Virus record (IMG/VR): IMGVR_UViG_3300017613_000561
Coordinates: 1 to 64,000 of that record
DNA from: a virus
Strand: one strand, 5' to 3'
DNA: 64,000 nucleotides
The first letter of the stretch is position 1. The number at the start of each line of letters is the position of its first letter. Positions 28,374 to 37,263 of the stretch are shown here, one piece after another. Under the pieces are notes generated by a model. The model worked only from the letters and a program-made list of their open reading frames with translations, was not told where the DNA came from and searched no databases. The position numbers and the translations under genes were made by a program.

Positions 28374-29339
28374 ATGTCTGTAACCCACGTAAAGGCGGCG
28401 TATGCCGCTGTTGGTCTGTCGTCCACTCAAAAGTCAGTACTGTGCTGTTTGGCACACCACGCAGATAAAGCGGGAAAGTGCTGGCCTTCATTCAGGTATA
28501 TCCAGAAAAGCACCGGTCTTAGTCGAAGCACTGTAGCCAGAGGTATTTTGAAGCTAAAAAACTGGGGCTTTATAACCACTACGCCCCGATCCGGGAAGTG
28601 GGGCGGTCAAGTTTCCAGTCTGTACACCGTGCACATAAGTGCAGGACATGTCACAGAAGATAGAAATTCCAAAGTCACTGTGACACCCACCCCATGTCAA
28701 CATGACACCCCCCCCGTGTCACCACGACACCCCCATATATTATATAAATATAATATATTGAATAATAATGGGAACAGTAACAGTGAAGCGGGGAAAACCC
28801 CGCAGAAGAAGGAGCAGATTATGAAGATACCCCAAGGACAAAAGGCAAAGGATATAATCACCTCTTGGGCAGGCAAAGGCCCGAAGCACGATTACGTTCC
28901 GCCTTCGGTAGGGAACAAGTTACAGAAGGTGTGGCACAGTTCTATAGAAGAATACACGCACCCATGGACACAGGAGACCCTTGGAAAGGCCACGCACTTT
29001 GGAAAGACACTAGGGTTTGAGAAGGCCAAGGCTGTTATGGAATATGTTTTGGTGCATTGGTTGGATTATTGCCAGAGGGTCAAGTCAGATGTAGGGCTGT
29101 ATAAGGCCCCTGTAAAGCCTAGCGTTGGATTCCTGCTTAAGCATGCTGAGGTAGCGGTGAACATGTTTGAAGGCAGCACAGGGCTTAACAGCCCCTCAGA
29201 AAAGGGGCCGCAACCAGATGTAATGCATGCTGACGGCACCAAAACGACTATTCCAAAGCCTAAGGCTGGGCTGGCAGGTTCTCTTGGGGGCACGATACCC
29301 ACGGTTAAGACCGCGCACTTAAGTGCAGATGAGGAGTAA
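28374..29339 (+). CDS. replication initiator with N-terminal HTH
   Basis: LCCLAHHAD...CWPS...TGLSRSTV HTH; contains iterons and AT-rich tract; upstream of loader and helicase. Confidence 0.8.
   Translation: MSVTHVKAAYAAVGLSSTQKSVLCCLAHHADKAGKCWPSFRYIQKSTGLSRSTVARGILKLKNWGFITTTPRSGKWGGQVSSLYTVHISAGHVTEDRNSKVTVTPTPCQHDTPPVSPRHPHILYKYNILNNNGNSNSEAGKTPQKKEQIMKIPQGQKAKDIITSWAGKGPKHDYVPPSVGNKLQKVWHSSIEEYTHPWTQETLGKATHFGKTLGFEKAKAVMEYVLVHWLDYCQRVKSDVGLYKAPVKPSVGFLLKHAEVAVNMFEGSTGLNSPSEKGPQPDVMHADGTKTTIPKPKAGLAGSLGGTIPTVKTAHLSADEE
28631..28642. repeat. palindrome family, variant GCACATAAGTGC
   Basis: 1 mismatch; next to origin iterons. Confidence 0.65.
28674..28769. other. putative replication origin: three iterons plus AT-rich unwinding element
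   Basis: GTCA-N3-YGACACCC units at 28674, 28696, 28718 (22-bp period), then an almost pure A/T run at 28735-28769. Confidence 0.7.
29315..29326. repeat. palindrome GCACTTAAGTGC
   Basis: exact copy at 3' end of initiator gene. Confidence 0.9.
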
Positions 29340-29342
29340 ATT

Positions 29343-29594
29343 ATGGATCAGGAACACTCACAGATGGCTTTGCAAGCAGTATCCCACGCTGCTGAAATGG
29401 CTAGCTATGCCATACAGAATGCAGCGGCTTCTTATGACAGGTATTCGGTATTGATGCGCCCAAAATTGTATATTGACGGAGATCAATGGTGCGCCTTGTA
29501 CGGAGACAATATACAGGATGGAGTCGCTGGCTTTGGGACCAGCCCCGCTAAGGCACTGGAAAACTTTGACAAAAATTTTATTGCTGCCCTATAG
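29343..29594 (+). CDS. small phage protein
   Basis: DGDQWCALYGDNIQDGVAGFG.SP motif; GAGGAG RBS. Confidence 0.6.
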   Translation: MDQEHSQMALQAVSHAAEMASYAIQNAAASYDRYSVLMRPKLYIDGDQWCALYGDNIQDGVAGFGTSPAKALENFDKNFIAAL

Positions 29595-29658
29595 CCCAAG
29601 GATAGCTAAGGAAGATATGACCGACTACAATGACGGTAAGGAGAATGAGGGTGAAACC

Positions 29659-30276
29659 ATGATGGCACAATCTGTACTCACAGCAGAAGATCGGAAGGCG
29701 ATAGCTTTCCACCAAAAGAAGTACGCCAAGTATTATAAGCCGGGGATACTCCAGGTAGACCACCACCTAAGGCTTGTTGAGAGCATTACACAGTACGCTC
29801 GGCAGGCCAGTATTCCTGAGTATTTCATTTATCAGACCAAGCTGAGTGATTATTGCGGGGAGCATGAGATCAACTATGTTCGCAGGCTCCAGTTTTGGCC
29901 CGATGAAGGAATCGCGGGAATGGTGTATGTCGGTAGTGTACCGGGAATGGAAGACCGGATGATGGCTATTGGCGGGGCAGTTACCAGAAACATGATCGGA
30001 GCCAAGATGTTGACTCTACAGGAGTTGATTGTTCTGTTGAAGAACGATGATCCACCAGAAGAGACTGTGGTATTGATCCCGAACTTCTTCTTGGACGAGG
30101 GTTCCGGCGGGGGCATTCCGGGTTGGCAGATAGCTATGATCGTAGGGTGGTTGATGTCCAGGTTTTCGGGGGACAAGCAGACCATTCTTCATGTTTCCAA
30201 CATGGCGGCATGTGCAGCCAAGTATGGAAAAGTGCTGACAAATCATATATCTACGCATTACGTAGTCACTGAATAA
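29659..30276 (+). CDS. degenerate DnaC/IstB-like helicase loader
   Basis: between initiator and DnaB; DnaC-like layout without an intact Walker A; start uncertain (29617 possible). Confidence 0.5.
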   Translation: MMAQSVLTAEDRKAIAFHQKKYAKYYKPGILQVDHHLRLVESITQYARQASIPEYFIYQTKLSDYCGEHEINYVRRLQFWPDEGIAGMVYVGSVPGMEDRMMAIGGAVTRNMIGAKMLTLQELIVLLKNDDPPEETVVLIPNFFLDEGSGGGIPGWQIAMIVGWLMSRFSGDKQTILHVSNMAACAAKYGKVLTNHISTHYVVTE

Positions 30277-30292
30277 CAATAAGGGGATCGTT

Positions 30293-31567
30293 ATGCCAGT
30301 AAGTCCTGGACGAGCATTGGTGTCTTCCATTCTTAAGGGGGATATCAACCAGTTGCACCATTTAGGTATCAAAGAAGAGTTTTTACAGGAGGATGAAAAA
30401 GACGCACTGAATTATTTAACAGAACACGTTTACAAGTTTGGGGTAATTCCAAACCTGGAGACTCTCCAGGAGCATGTGGATACCTTTGTGCCGGTGGTGG
30501 TGTCTGAGCCTGCGGAGTATTACATTGACCAGCTGAAGAACCGATATTTTTATCGGACCATGAACACGGCTATGAAGCAGGCGCGGGCAGAGATGCAGGT
30601 GCTTAATCCTACGGACAACATGTTGGCCCCGATGGATCTGTTATCGGAGGCCATGCTTGCACTTAAGTTCATTGAGCATGAACGGGATCTGTTCGATTTT
30701 CGGGATGCCTATAGTGTAATCAAGGCAGCCTATGTGGAAGCCTCTAAGGGTGGGCATGAGAACAGCATCACACTGGGGTGGGATACGATAGATGTCATGT
30801 CAGGGGGGCTGGTGCCGGGAGACGTGGTGTCTTACATAGGCAGGCCTGGGTTGGGTAAGACCTGGAGCATACTGCACTCCATGCACCACGCATGGTGGAA
30901 CGAAGGCAAGACAGCTTTGCTGCTATCCATGGAGATGATCCCCAAGATCATTATGCAGCGCATGACAGCCATGCATACCCATACCGGTCTCACTGCCTTG
31001 AAATCTGCTGAGCTGACGACCAAGACCAAGAACAAGGTGTTCAATGAGATGAAGGCCATTAAGGGACATGACAAGCCCTGTTGGATAGTGGATGGGAATC
31101 TGACAGCTACAGTGGATGATCTGAAAATTTTATGTGCCCAGCTTAAGCCCGATGTTGTGTTTGTGGATGGGGCGTATATGTTGAGCCCTTCAATCGGTTA
31201 TCACAGTAAGTGGGATAAGGTGACCAATACGGTGGAGGAGATAAAGAGAGACATAGCCACCAACCTCGGAACCGTAAGTGTGCTGTCTTATCAGTTCAAC
31301 CGGGAGGCGGCTAAGAAGGCCAAGAAAGCAGCTGACGATATAGGGCTGGAGGACATTGGTTTGTCGGATGCTATAGGGCAGATAAGTACATTGGTGTTGG
31401 CCCTGCTGGATAATGAGTCCATTCAGACTGAGGTCAAAAGAAAGATGACGATTATGAAGGGCAGGAATGGTGAGCGCGGGGAGTTTTTCATGAACTGGTG
31501 TTTCAAGACCATGGACTTTTCAGAGATCCTGCCGGAGGATATGCAGTCTAATCTGTCGTTCCTGTAA
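30293..31567 (+). CDS. dnaB: DnaB-like replicative helicase
   Basis: GRPGLGKT, LSMEM, VFVDGAY, QFNR, KGRNGE motifs. Confidence 0.9.
   Translation: MPVSPGRALVSSILKGDINQLHHLGIKEEFLQEDEKDALNYLTEHVYKFGVIPNLETLQEHVDTFVPVVVSEPAEYYIDQLKNRYFYRTMNTAMKQARAEMQVLNPTDNMLAPMDLLSEAMLALKFIEHERDLFDFRDAYSVIKAAYVEASKGGHENSITLGWDTIDVMSGGLVPGDVVSYIGRPGLGKTWSILHSMHHAWWNEGKTALLLSMEMIPKIIMQRMTAMHTHTGLTALKSAELTTKTKNKVFNEMKAIKGHDKPCWIVDGNLTATVDDLKILCAQLKPDVVFVDGAYMLSPSIGYHSKWDKVTNTVEEIKRDIATNLGTVSVLSYQFNREAAKKAKKAADDIGLEDIGLSDAIGQISTLVLALLDNESIQTEVKRKMTIMKGRNGERGEFFMNWCFKTMDFSEILPEDMQSNLSFL
30659..30670. repeat. palindrome family, variant GCACTTAAGTTC
   Basis: 1 mismatch; inside dnaB. Confidence 0.6.
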
Positions 31568-31570
31568 TGT

Positions 31571-31620
31571 ACCCCATTGGACTCCAATAGACTCCAATGA
31601 ACCCCAATAGACTCCAATGA
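31571..31620. repeat. 5 x 10-bp tandem repeat
   Basis: accccattgg/actccaatag/actccaatga/accccaatag/actccaatga. Confidence 0.9.
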
Positions 31621-31632
31621 GCAGCAAAAAGG

Positions 31633-31660
31633 TGGACAGTTGTGGTTAGTTGTGTATACT
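31633..31660 (+). promoter_or_regulatory. sigma70-type promoter of putative sRNA
   Basis: TGGACA-16-TATACT with extended -10 TG. Confidence 0.55.
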
Positions 31661-31665
31661 TGTAG

Positions 31666-31746
31666 CTAGGTGTTGATCTTCCCTCCTGTTTTAAAAAAAC
31701 AGCACCTTAAGGCTTCTGGAGCTGATCCCCTCCAGAGGCCTTTTTT
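31666..31746 (+). ncRNA. putative ~80-nt sRNA with two C-rich anti-SD-like loops
   Basis: promoter, 8-bp stem-loop, 13-bp terminator stem plus U-tract; no ORF. Confidence 0.55.
31709..31746 (+). terminator. Rho-independent terminator
   Basis: aaggcttctggag-ctgatccc-ctccagaggcc followed by T6. Confidence 0.85.
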
Positions 31747-31760
31747 CATGTAAATAATAT

Positions 31761-31788
31761 TTGACAAACGTAGTACATTTGCTATAGT
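31761..31788 (+). promoter_or_regulatory. sigma70-type promoter (TTTGACAAAC family)
   Basis: TTGACA-16-TATAGT with extended -10 TG. Confidence 0.75.
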
Positions 31789-31833
31789 TATTGTAAGTTA
31801 CATATTTATTCCATCACAAGCTAGGAGCAGACG

Positions 31834-31968
31834 ATGCCTAACATGATTCTGACAATCCCAAATGACAAGATTGGTGATGTTATTGCCCAATTAGTAATGA
31901 AGGGCCTGACATTTACAGCCACGACCAATGAAGATACCACCACTATTGAATTGACCGGTGGTTACTAG
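31834..31968 (+). CDS. 44-aa hypothetical protein; not in ORF track
   Basis: AAGCTAGGAGC RBS; MPNMILTIPNDKIG...ELTGGY. Confidence 0.6.
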   Translation: MPNMILTIPNDKIGDVIAQLVMKGLTFTATTNEDTTTIELTGGY

Positions 31969-31987
31969 GATCAAAAGCTAGGAGCAG

Positions 31988-32686
31988 ATGATGACTACAC
32001 ATAACGCACAATTAGTTGAAGAGTTTGTAACGATGATCCCTTCGATGCCTGGAAAGAATCAGGGCTTTGCAAAGTCCATGGCAGACCAGTTCAAGAAGAA
32101 GGGCTCACTGTCTGAAAAGCAGTGGTATTGGGTAGAGAAGCTGTTGAGAGAAGTGATCTCTCCGCCTGCCCCACCAGAGGCCGTACAGGTTGGAAAATTC
32201 TCCAAGGTGTACGAGTTGATGCACAAGGCCAAAGAAAATCTGAAATGGCCTAAGATGCGCCTGCAGATTGCAGACCCCAGTTACACCCCGTTGTTTGAAG
32301 ACTCAGAGCCTGAGTACCTGCCGGTAGTGTTTGGTATGAGTGGCAAGAACTCCAAGCGTCCTGGTACCATCCATATGACAGATGGTGGACCCTTTGGCGA
32401 CAACAGGTTTTTTGGTTGGATCGGTGAAGATGGTAGTTGGACCCAACCACAGAACATGGATGACAAGGTAGCTGCTGGCCTACGGAGCCTGCTACACGCT
32501 TTAGCAGAAGATCCTATGAAGACCCTCAGCGAGTATGGTTCCATCACTGGAAACTGCAGCTGCTGCGGATCAGGCCTTACCTCTGACAATTCAGTAGCCA
32601 TGGGGATCGGCCCGGTATGTGCCAAAAATTACGGTCTACATGAGCAGTGGAAGAAAGCTGCCAAGACCATGGGCCTGAAAGTTTAG
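31988..32686 (+). CDS. DUF6011-like Zn-ribbon protein
   Basis: C-terminal CSCCGSGLT...SVAMGIGPVCA motif. Confidence 0.7.
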   Translation: MMTTHNAQLVEEFVTMIPSMPGKNQGFAKSMADQFKKKGSLSEKQWYWVEKLLREVISPPAPPEAVQVGKFSKVYELMHKAKENLKWPKMRLQIADPSYTPLFEDSEPEYLPVVFGMSGKNSKRPGTIHMTDGGPFGDNRFFGWIGEDGSWTQPQNMDDKVAAGLRSLLHALAEDPMKTLSEYGSITGNCSCCGSGLTSDNSVAMGIGPVCAKNYGLHEQWKKAAKTMGLKV

Positions 32687-32691
32687 TTATT

Positions 32692-32703
32692 GCACTTGAG
32701 TGC
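32692..32703. repeat. palindrome family, variant GCACTTGAGTGC
   Basis: intergenic; T/A flanks. Confidence 0.8.
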
Positions 32704-32713
32704 AGGAGGGGAT

Positions 32714-32917
32714 ATGAATGCTTGGAGGAGTAGGTCAACGGGGCAATGGTTGACGGTGGATCAGACCAGGACCCATGTTAAAACGCAGGACTCTTATCGT
32801 ATGGTGGATGATATACATCAGGCTTATGTGGGGCGTATTCCGAACAGGGTTATGTCTGCCTACAATTTGATACCGGTGCTGGTGACTGTCACCCGCGCTG
32901 TTAAAATCATGGATTAA
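32714..32917 (+). CDS. hypothetical protein
   Basis: AGGAGG RBS. Confidence 0.5.
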   Translation: MNAWRSRSTGQWLTVDQTRTHVKTQDSYRMVDDIHQAYVGRIPNRVMSAYNLIPVLVTVTRAVKIMD

Positions 32918-32932
32918 TCCCAGGAGAAAGAA

Positions 32933-33412
32933 ATGGCTGTAACGATTATTAAGAAAGAAACCACAGAGCAGAAGAATGTTACTCACTCTGTAAAAGATGC
33001 GCTTATGCATGACCTGCAGGCAATGGTTCCAGACCTAGTGTTTGCACTGGATAAGGTGGCGCTGTCCAAGGCTAATCTGAAGGTTCTGAATGCGAATCTG
33101 AAGAAGTTGGAGACCCCATTCCAGGAGCATGTAGCTGCGCTTGATATGGAACCAGAACAGACTCTGGTAGTTGATAGCGATGAAACAAGTAGCTCTATTG
33201 AAGTGGGCAAGATACCCAAGAAGCGCACTGTAGAAGACAACGTAGCCATCTTTAAACTGCTGAACGGTATCCAACCAGACTTAGCTTTTGAATTGATGGC
33301 GTTCAAGCTTACTGATTTGGACAAGTATTTGAACCCGAATCAGCTGGAGCTGGTATTGAATACCACGTATGTAGGTAAGCGTCCATTGAAGGCCCTGGAT
33401 AAGAATGGATAA
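32933..33412 (+). CDS. hypothetical protein
   Basis: AGGAG RBS; coupled to primase. Confidence 0.55.
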   Translation: MAVTIIKKETTEQKNVTHSVKDALMHDLQAMVPDLVFALDKVALSKANLKVLNANLKKLETPFQEHVAALDMEPEQTLVVDSDETSSSIEVGKIPKKRTVEDNVAIFKLLNGIQPDLAFELMAFKLTDLDKYLNPNQLELVLNTTYVGKRPLKALDKNG

Positions 33413-34346
33413 ACAAAAGATCCAGCTGTTGTTGGGGGCGTTGGGGATAAAGGGGAGTCGGGTAGGTGACTGGATGCAAGCCAGCTGCCCGTTTGCCCCG
33501 TTCCGGCACAACAATGGGACAGATAATCATCCCAGCTGGGCCGTAAGTATTGCCGAGAACGGGGAAAGCCACCATGCCTGTTACAGCTGCCGGTCTCATG
33601 GGTCTATGTTTGAGTTGGTTATGGACCTTCGCAGGCTGTACAAGAAAAACGAAGTCCCGGCCGATGCAGATTGGAAGGCGGCGGTGGAGTTGTCTTTGGA
33701 AGACGGGGAGGATGCCTTAGTTGATGACTTTGATGATATGGAGACCAAGAAACCCACCCTTACCCTATTCCCAGAAGTATGGGTAAAAAGCTTCCTACCC
33801 GGCCACATGCATCCGTATCTGAAAGAACGTGGGATTCCACAGGGTATAGCACATGAATTGGAGTTTAGGTATGACTCTGATAAGCAGAGGATCTGTCTGC
33901 CGTCCAGGGACAGGTGCGGCCGGTTGGTTGGGTTTTACGGTAGGGATGTAACTGGGCTGTCTGACTTAAGGTATCTGACGTACAAGTACCAAGGGGGTTG
34001 GAACCCTCACCATTGGATTGGGGAAGACAAGGTGTCCTGGGACGACCCTGTGATTCTGACAGAAGGACCTATGGACTATGCCCGTGGGTATCTGACCACC
34101 AAGCAGATGTTGGCTTCAAACACCTCAGCTGTGACGTACAAGAAACTTGATAGGCTGAAAGATGCCCCTATGCTGATCACCATGTACGATCTGGGTACCG
34201 GTGGAGACAATGCCAGAAAGGAAATTACCAAGTGGTCCATGAAAAACAAGGTGCCGCTGCTGAACCTGATTCCAGACACTGTGTACGGGGATTTGGGGGC
34301 GACCCCGCCAGAAAGATTCGCTGAGATGTTGGACTTAAATATTTGA
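33405..34346 (+). CDS. DNA primase (Zn finger plus TOPRIM)
   Basis: CPF...H...CYSC zinc finger, YLKERGI, ILTEGPMD, YDLGTGG. Confidence 0.88.
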   Translation: MDKQKIQLLLGALGIKGSRVGDWMQASCPFAPFRHNNGTDNHPSWAVSIAENGESHHACYSCRSHGSMFELVMDLRRLYKKNEVPADADWKAAVELSLEDGEDALVDDFDDMETKKPTLTLFPEVWVKSFLPGHMHPYLKERGIPQGIAHELEFRYDSDKQRICLPSRDRCGRLVGFYGRDVTGLSDLRYLTYKYQGGWNPHHWIGEDKVSWDDPVILTEGPMDYARGYLTTKQMLASNTSAVTYKKLDRLKDAPMLITMYDLGTGGDNARKEITKWSMKNKVPLLNLIPDTVYGDLGATPPERFAEMLDLNI

Positions 34347-34371
34347 CAAACGTCTATACATTTGTTAAAGT
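34343..34371 (+). promoter_or_regulatory. sigma70-type promoter (TTTGACAAAC family)
   Basis: TTGACA-17-TAAAGT with extended -10 TG. Confidence 0.7.
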
Positions 34372-34416
34372 ATTAATGTCCAGATGGACAAATAATGTAT
34401 TCTCTAGGAGATACCA

Positions 34417-35130
34417 ATGGCTGTAAACAAGACGAAAAAAGATAAACCCTCATGGATGAAAACTGGCAAGTCTGCCAAAGATACGATGCACAAGGAAGAC
34501 GCAGCAGAACAGAAGCGGAAAGAAGAGCAGGGCAAGTTGTGGCGGTTCTGGATGCCAGAAGGCAATCAGACTTCAATCACTTTTCTTGATGGGCATTTGG
34601 ACGATGATGGTGTCCTGGATATGCTCATGTACTACGAGCACCAAGTCTTCATGAATGGCCGGTGGACCAACTGGTTTGTGTGCACTGCGGAAGAAGAGCC
34701 CTGTCCTATTTGTGAGGGAGGCAATAATCGTTCTCTGGTAGGGGCGTTGACTGTAATCGACCATACGGAATTTACCACGAATAGTGGTGAGCATAAGAAG
34801 GACGTGCGTAGATTGTTTGTTCCTAAGCGTCAGACCATTAAGCAGTTGCAGATGATTGCTGCCAAACGTGGAGGGCTGGCAGGGGCCACCTTTGATGTGA
34901 TGCGTACCGGGGATAAGTCTCCTGGGTGCGGTAGCGTTTTTGATTTCACGGAGAAGAGAAGCTTTGCTGAACTCAAAAAGCTGTACCCTGAGGCCAAAGA
35001 CGGTATCGCAAACTATGGGGAGGAGATCACGTACATGCCTGCCGATAAGTTGCGGGAACTGGGCTTTGGCTCTACTCCTGTTGGTGGTGAAGAAGCCAGT
35101 GATTCAGCCTCTTATGACGAGGATTTGTAA
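34417..35130 (+). CDS. single-stranded DNA-binding protein (gp32-like)
   Basis: H...C...CPIC zinc motif, acidic C-terminal tail, replication context. Confidence 0.7.
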   Translation: MAVNKTKKDKPSWMKTGKSAKDTMHKEDAAEQKRKEEQGKLWRFWMPEGNQTSITFLDGHLDDDGVLDMLMYYEHQVFMNGRWTNWFVCTAEEEPCPICEGGNNRSLVGALTVIDHTEFTTNSGEHKKDVRRLFVPKRQTIKQLQMIAAKRGGLAGATFDVMRTGDKSPGCGSVFDFTEKRSFAELKKLYPEAKDGIANYGEEITYMPADKLRELGFGSTPVGGEEASDSASYDEDL

Positions 35131-35139
35131 GGCCTAACC

Positions 35140-35165
35140 GTGTGCCCCCTGTTATGGGGGCGCAC
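35140..35165 (+). terminator. hairpin after SSB gene
   Basis: gtgtgccccc-tgttat-gggggcgcac; overlaps a palindrome site. Confidence 0.5.
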
Positions 35166-35173
35166 TTAAGTGC
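35162..35173. repeat. palindrome GCACTTAAGTGC
   Basis: exact intergenic copy. Confidence 0.9.
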
Positions 35174-35184
35174 AAGGGATCAGA

Positions 35185-36498
35185 ATGCTGCGAAAATATA
35201 ATGAAATTCCTGTTATGACTCATGCAGGTGCAGTGTATGAGTACAATGAGCAACTGGCAAAGAAGTTTACAGTGTTGTCCACTTATGATGATGAAGTGGA
35301 ACTGTTTAAGATACATAAGACAGTTGGTGGCAAATCCTGGATTTGGTTACCTAGAGCCTGCTGCCCTTTGGGAGAAGATCGTAGGAATCTTGGTACGATA
35401 GTTGATTTTAAACTACATTTCAAACCCAGGAATAAGGAGCAAGCCAGGGTAGTAGCAGAAGCTTCGGATCTTTTGGCAGCAGAAGAAAGTTTTATAATCA
35501 GAGCACCAACCGGTTTTGGTAAGACGGCTATAACCATGCCTTTGATTGCTGCTGTGAGCCGTAAGACTCTGATAGTGGTTACTAAGGAAGATGTGAAGGT
35601 TCAGTGGAGAAGGGCTCTGAAACAGTTTTTGGGACTGTCTGACAATGATATTGGGTACATCCAAGGTGATGTGTGTAGTGTTGCTGGTAAAAAGGTTGTT
35701 ATCGCTATGATTCAATCTGTTTGTAAGCCTGGACGATATCCCAAAGGAACCTTTGATGCTTTTGGGCTTGTGATTCCAGATGAAGTACATAGGTTGGGAG
35801 CAGATAAATTTAGTCAGGTAGCATGGCAAGTACCGGCGCTGTTACGGTTGGGGTTGTCTGCTACCCCCAAGCGGCAAGATGGTAAGGATATAGTATTCAG
35901 GAGTCACATTGGTCCTGTGCGGGTAAAGACAGACTTGGTGCCTATGGTACCAAAGGTAATAGTGGTTAAGAGTAATTGGAAGCCACCTTATAAGATAAAG
36001 ATTTCAGCTGGTAGGACCATGCATGTAAATAAGATGCTGGCACGGTGTAGGGACAGAAACAATATGATGGCTAATTTTATCCAGCAGGCTTATGAGAAGG
36101 GGCGTAACATCGTTTTCTTTTCAGATCTGCGGGACGGGCATTTGTTACCTATGCAAGATCTGTTATTAATGCGAGGGATACCCGGTAAGGATATTGGGTT
36201 TTATGTGGGGGGATTAACGGAGCACCAGCAGGACGTAGCTAAGGCTAAAAGAGTAGTGTTGACGACTTATAAGATGTGTTCGGAGGCAACCGATGCTCCA
36301 TGGTGGGACACAGGTGTTTTTGGAACACCTAAGTCAGACGTAACACAGATTGTAGGGCGGGTTATCAGGGAATACCCAGATAAGCCAACCCCGATCATAT
36401 TTGATGTGGAGGATGTATCACTTCCACTGTTTAAGGCCTACGCTAAAAAACGATTAGGTTTCTATCATAAGCTGGGAGCTGAGGTTGTCTTTCGCTAG
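35185..36498 (+). CDS. superfamily 2 DNA helicase
   Basis: APTGFGKT, DEVH, LSATP, QIVGRVIR motifs. Confidence 0.9.
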   Translation: MLRKYNEIPVMTHAGAVYEYNEQLAKKFTVLSTYDDEVELFKIHKTVGGKSWIWLPRACCPLGEDRRNLGTIVDFKLHFKPRNKEQARVVAEASDLLAAEESFIIRAPTGFGKTAITMPLIAAVSRKTLIVVTKEDVKVQWRRALKQFLGLSDNDIGYIQGDVCSVAGKKVVIAMIQSVCKPGRYPKGTFDAFGLVIPDEVHRLGADKFSQVAWQVPALLRLGLSATPKRQDGKDIVFRSHIGPVRVKTDLVPMVPKVIVVKSNWKPPYKIKISAGRTMHVNKMLARCRDRNNMMANFIQQAYEKGRNIVFFSDLRDGHLLPMQDLLLMRGIPGKDIGFYVGGLTEHQQDVAKAKRVVLTTYKMCSEATDAPWWDTGVFGTPKSDVTQIVGRVIREYPDKPTPIIFDVEDVSLPLFKAYAKKRLGFYHKLGAEVVFR

Positions 36499-36507
36499 GA
36501 GTAATTT

Positions 36508-36963
36508 ATGGGTAGAAAGAAACAATACGATGACGGTCTTACGCCATATCAGAGATGGTATGCCAGGAACAAAAAGGCACATAACAAAAAGCGTAGGGAT
36601 AAGTATCAGGAAGATACTGACTATCGTGAAAAGAAGATTCAGGAGGCCAGGGACTACCGTAGTAGTGTTCGTATGCCAGAACACCATCTACAGATACAGA
36701 CGGAAGAGGGTGTTCGGTTTGTTTATCAGATACAGGTGGCGGCTGATTGGGCTGAATGTACGGTAGAGGAATTAGACTACTGGAGGAAGAAAGGGTTGTT
36801 GGGGGCTCCTCTGTATTACGGTAAGGAAAAGGTGTATTTGAAGAGGCATATGCTGGTCATACATAGACTGGTTGCTTTGTTAAGTCAGGGGTCTATGGAT
36901 AAAGAATCTAGGACTAAATGGAAGTCTTACCTTTCAGAGGTGTGGGATGCCCGTGCCAGATAA
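36508..36963 (+). CDS. MerR-like HTH DNA-binding protein
   Basis: YQIQVAADWAECTVEELDYWRKKGLL. Confidence 0.55.
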   Translation: MGRKKQYDDGLTPYQRWYARNKKAHNKKRRDKYQEDTDYREKKIQEARDYRSSVRMPEHHLQIQTEEGVRFVYQIQVAADWAECTVEELDYWRKKGLLGAPLYYGKEKVYLKRHMLVIHRLVALLSQGSMDKESRTKWKSYLSEVWDARAR

Positions 36964-37261
36964 TATAACCATCCAGGTAGGGAAGGCCACCATTAGTAAG
37001 GTTTTTAAATCAGGAGGGCAAGTCGTGTCTGAAACAGAAAGTAATGAAGAGGTAGGTGAATCTCAATTGTACAATCAGCCTACGTGTAATGTTGGTGTGT
37101 CTGTTGGAGTCACCAAGAACACGGGTAACTTCAATAGCCTTAAGATCCAGGTGTCGTTGCATATGCCTTGTTACGTGGAGGAGATAGATCCGGTATATGA
37201 GTACACCAAGGAGTGGGTTGATAACAAGATGGATGCCATTGTAGCCGAGATAGAGGAGTAA
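36947..37261 (+). CDS. hypothetical protein
   Basis: VGVTKNTGNFNSLKI motif; coupled to recA. Confidence 0.55.
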   Translation: MPVPDNITIQVGKATISKVFKSGGQVVSETESNEEVGESQLYNQPTCNVGVSVGVTKNTGNFNSLKIQVSLHMPCYVEEIDPVYEYTKEWVDNKMDAIVAEIEE

Positions 37262-37263
37262 CC

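Noticed and set aside
31571-31620. CRISPR array
   Set aside because: 10-bp units without spacers; no repeat-spacer structure seen anywhere; the Cas4-like gene is in a recombination context
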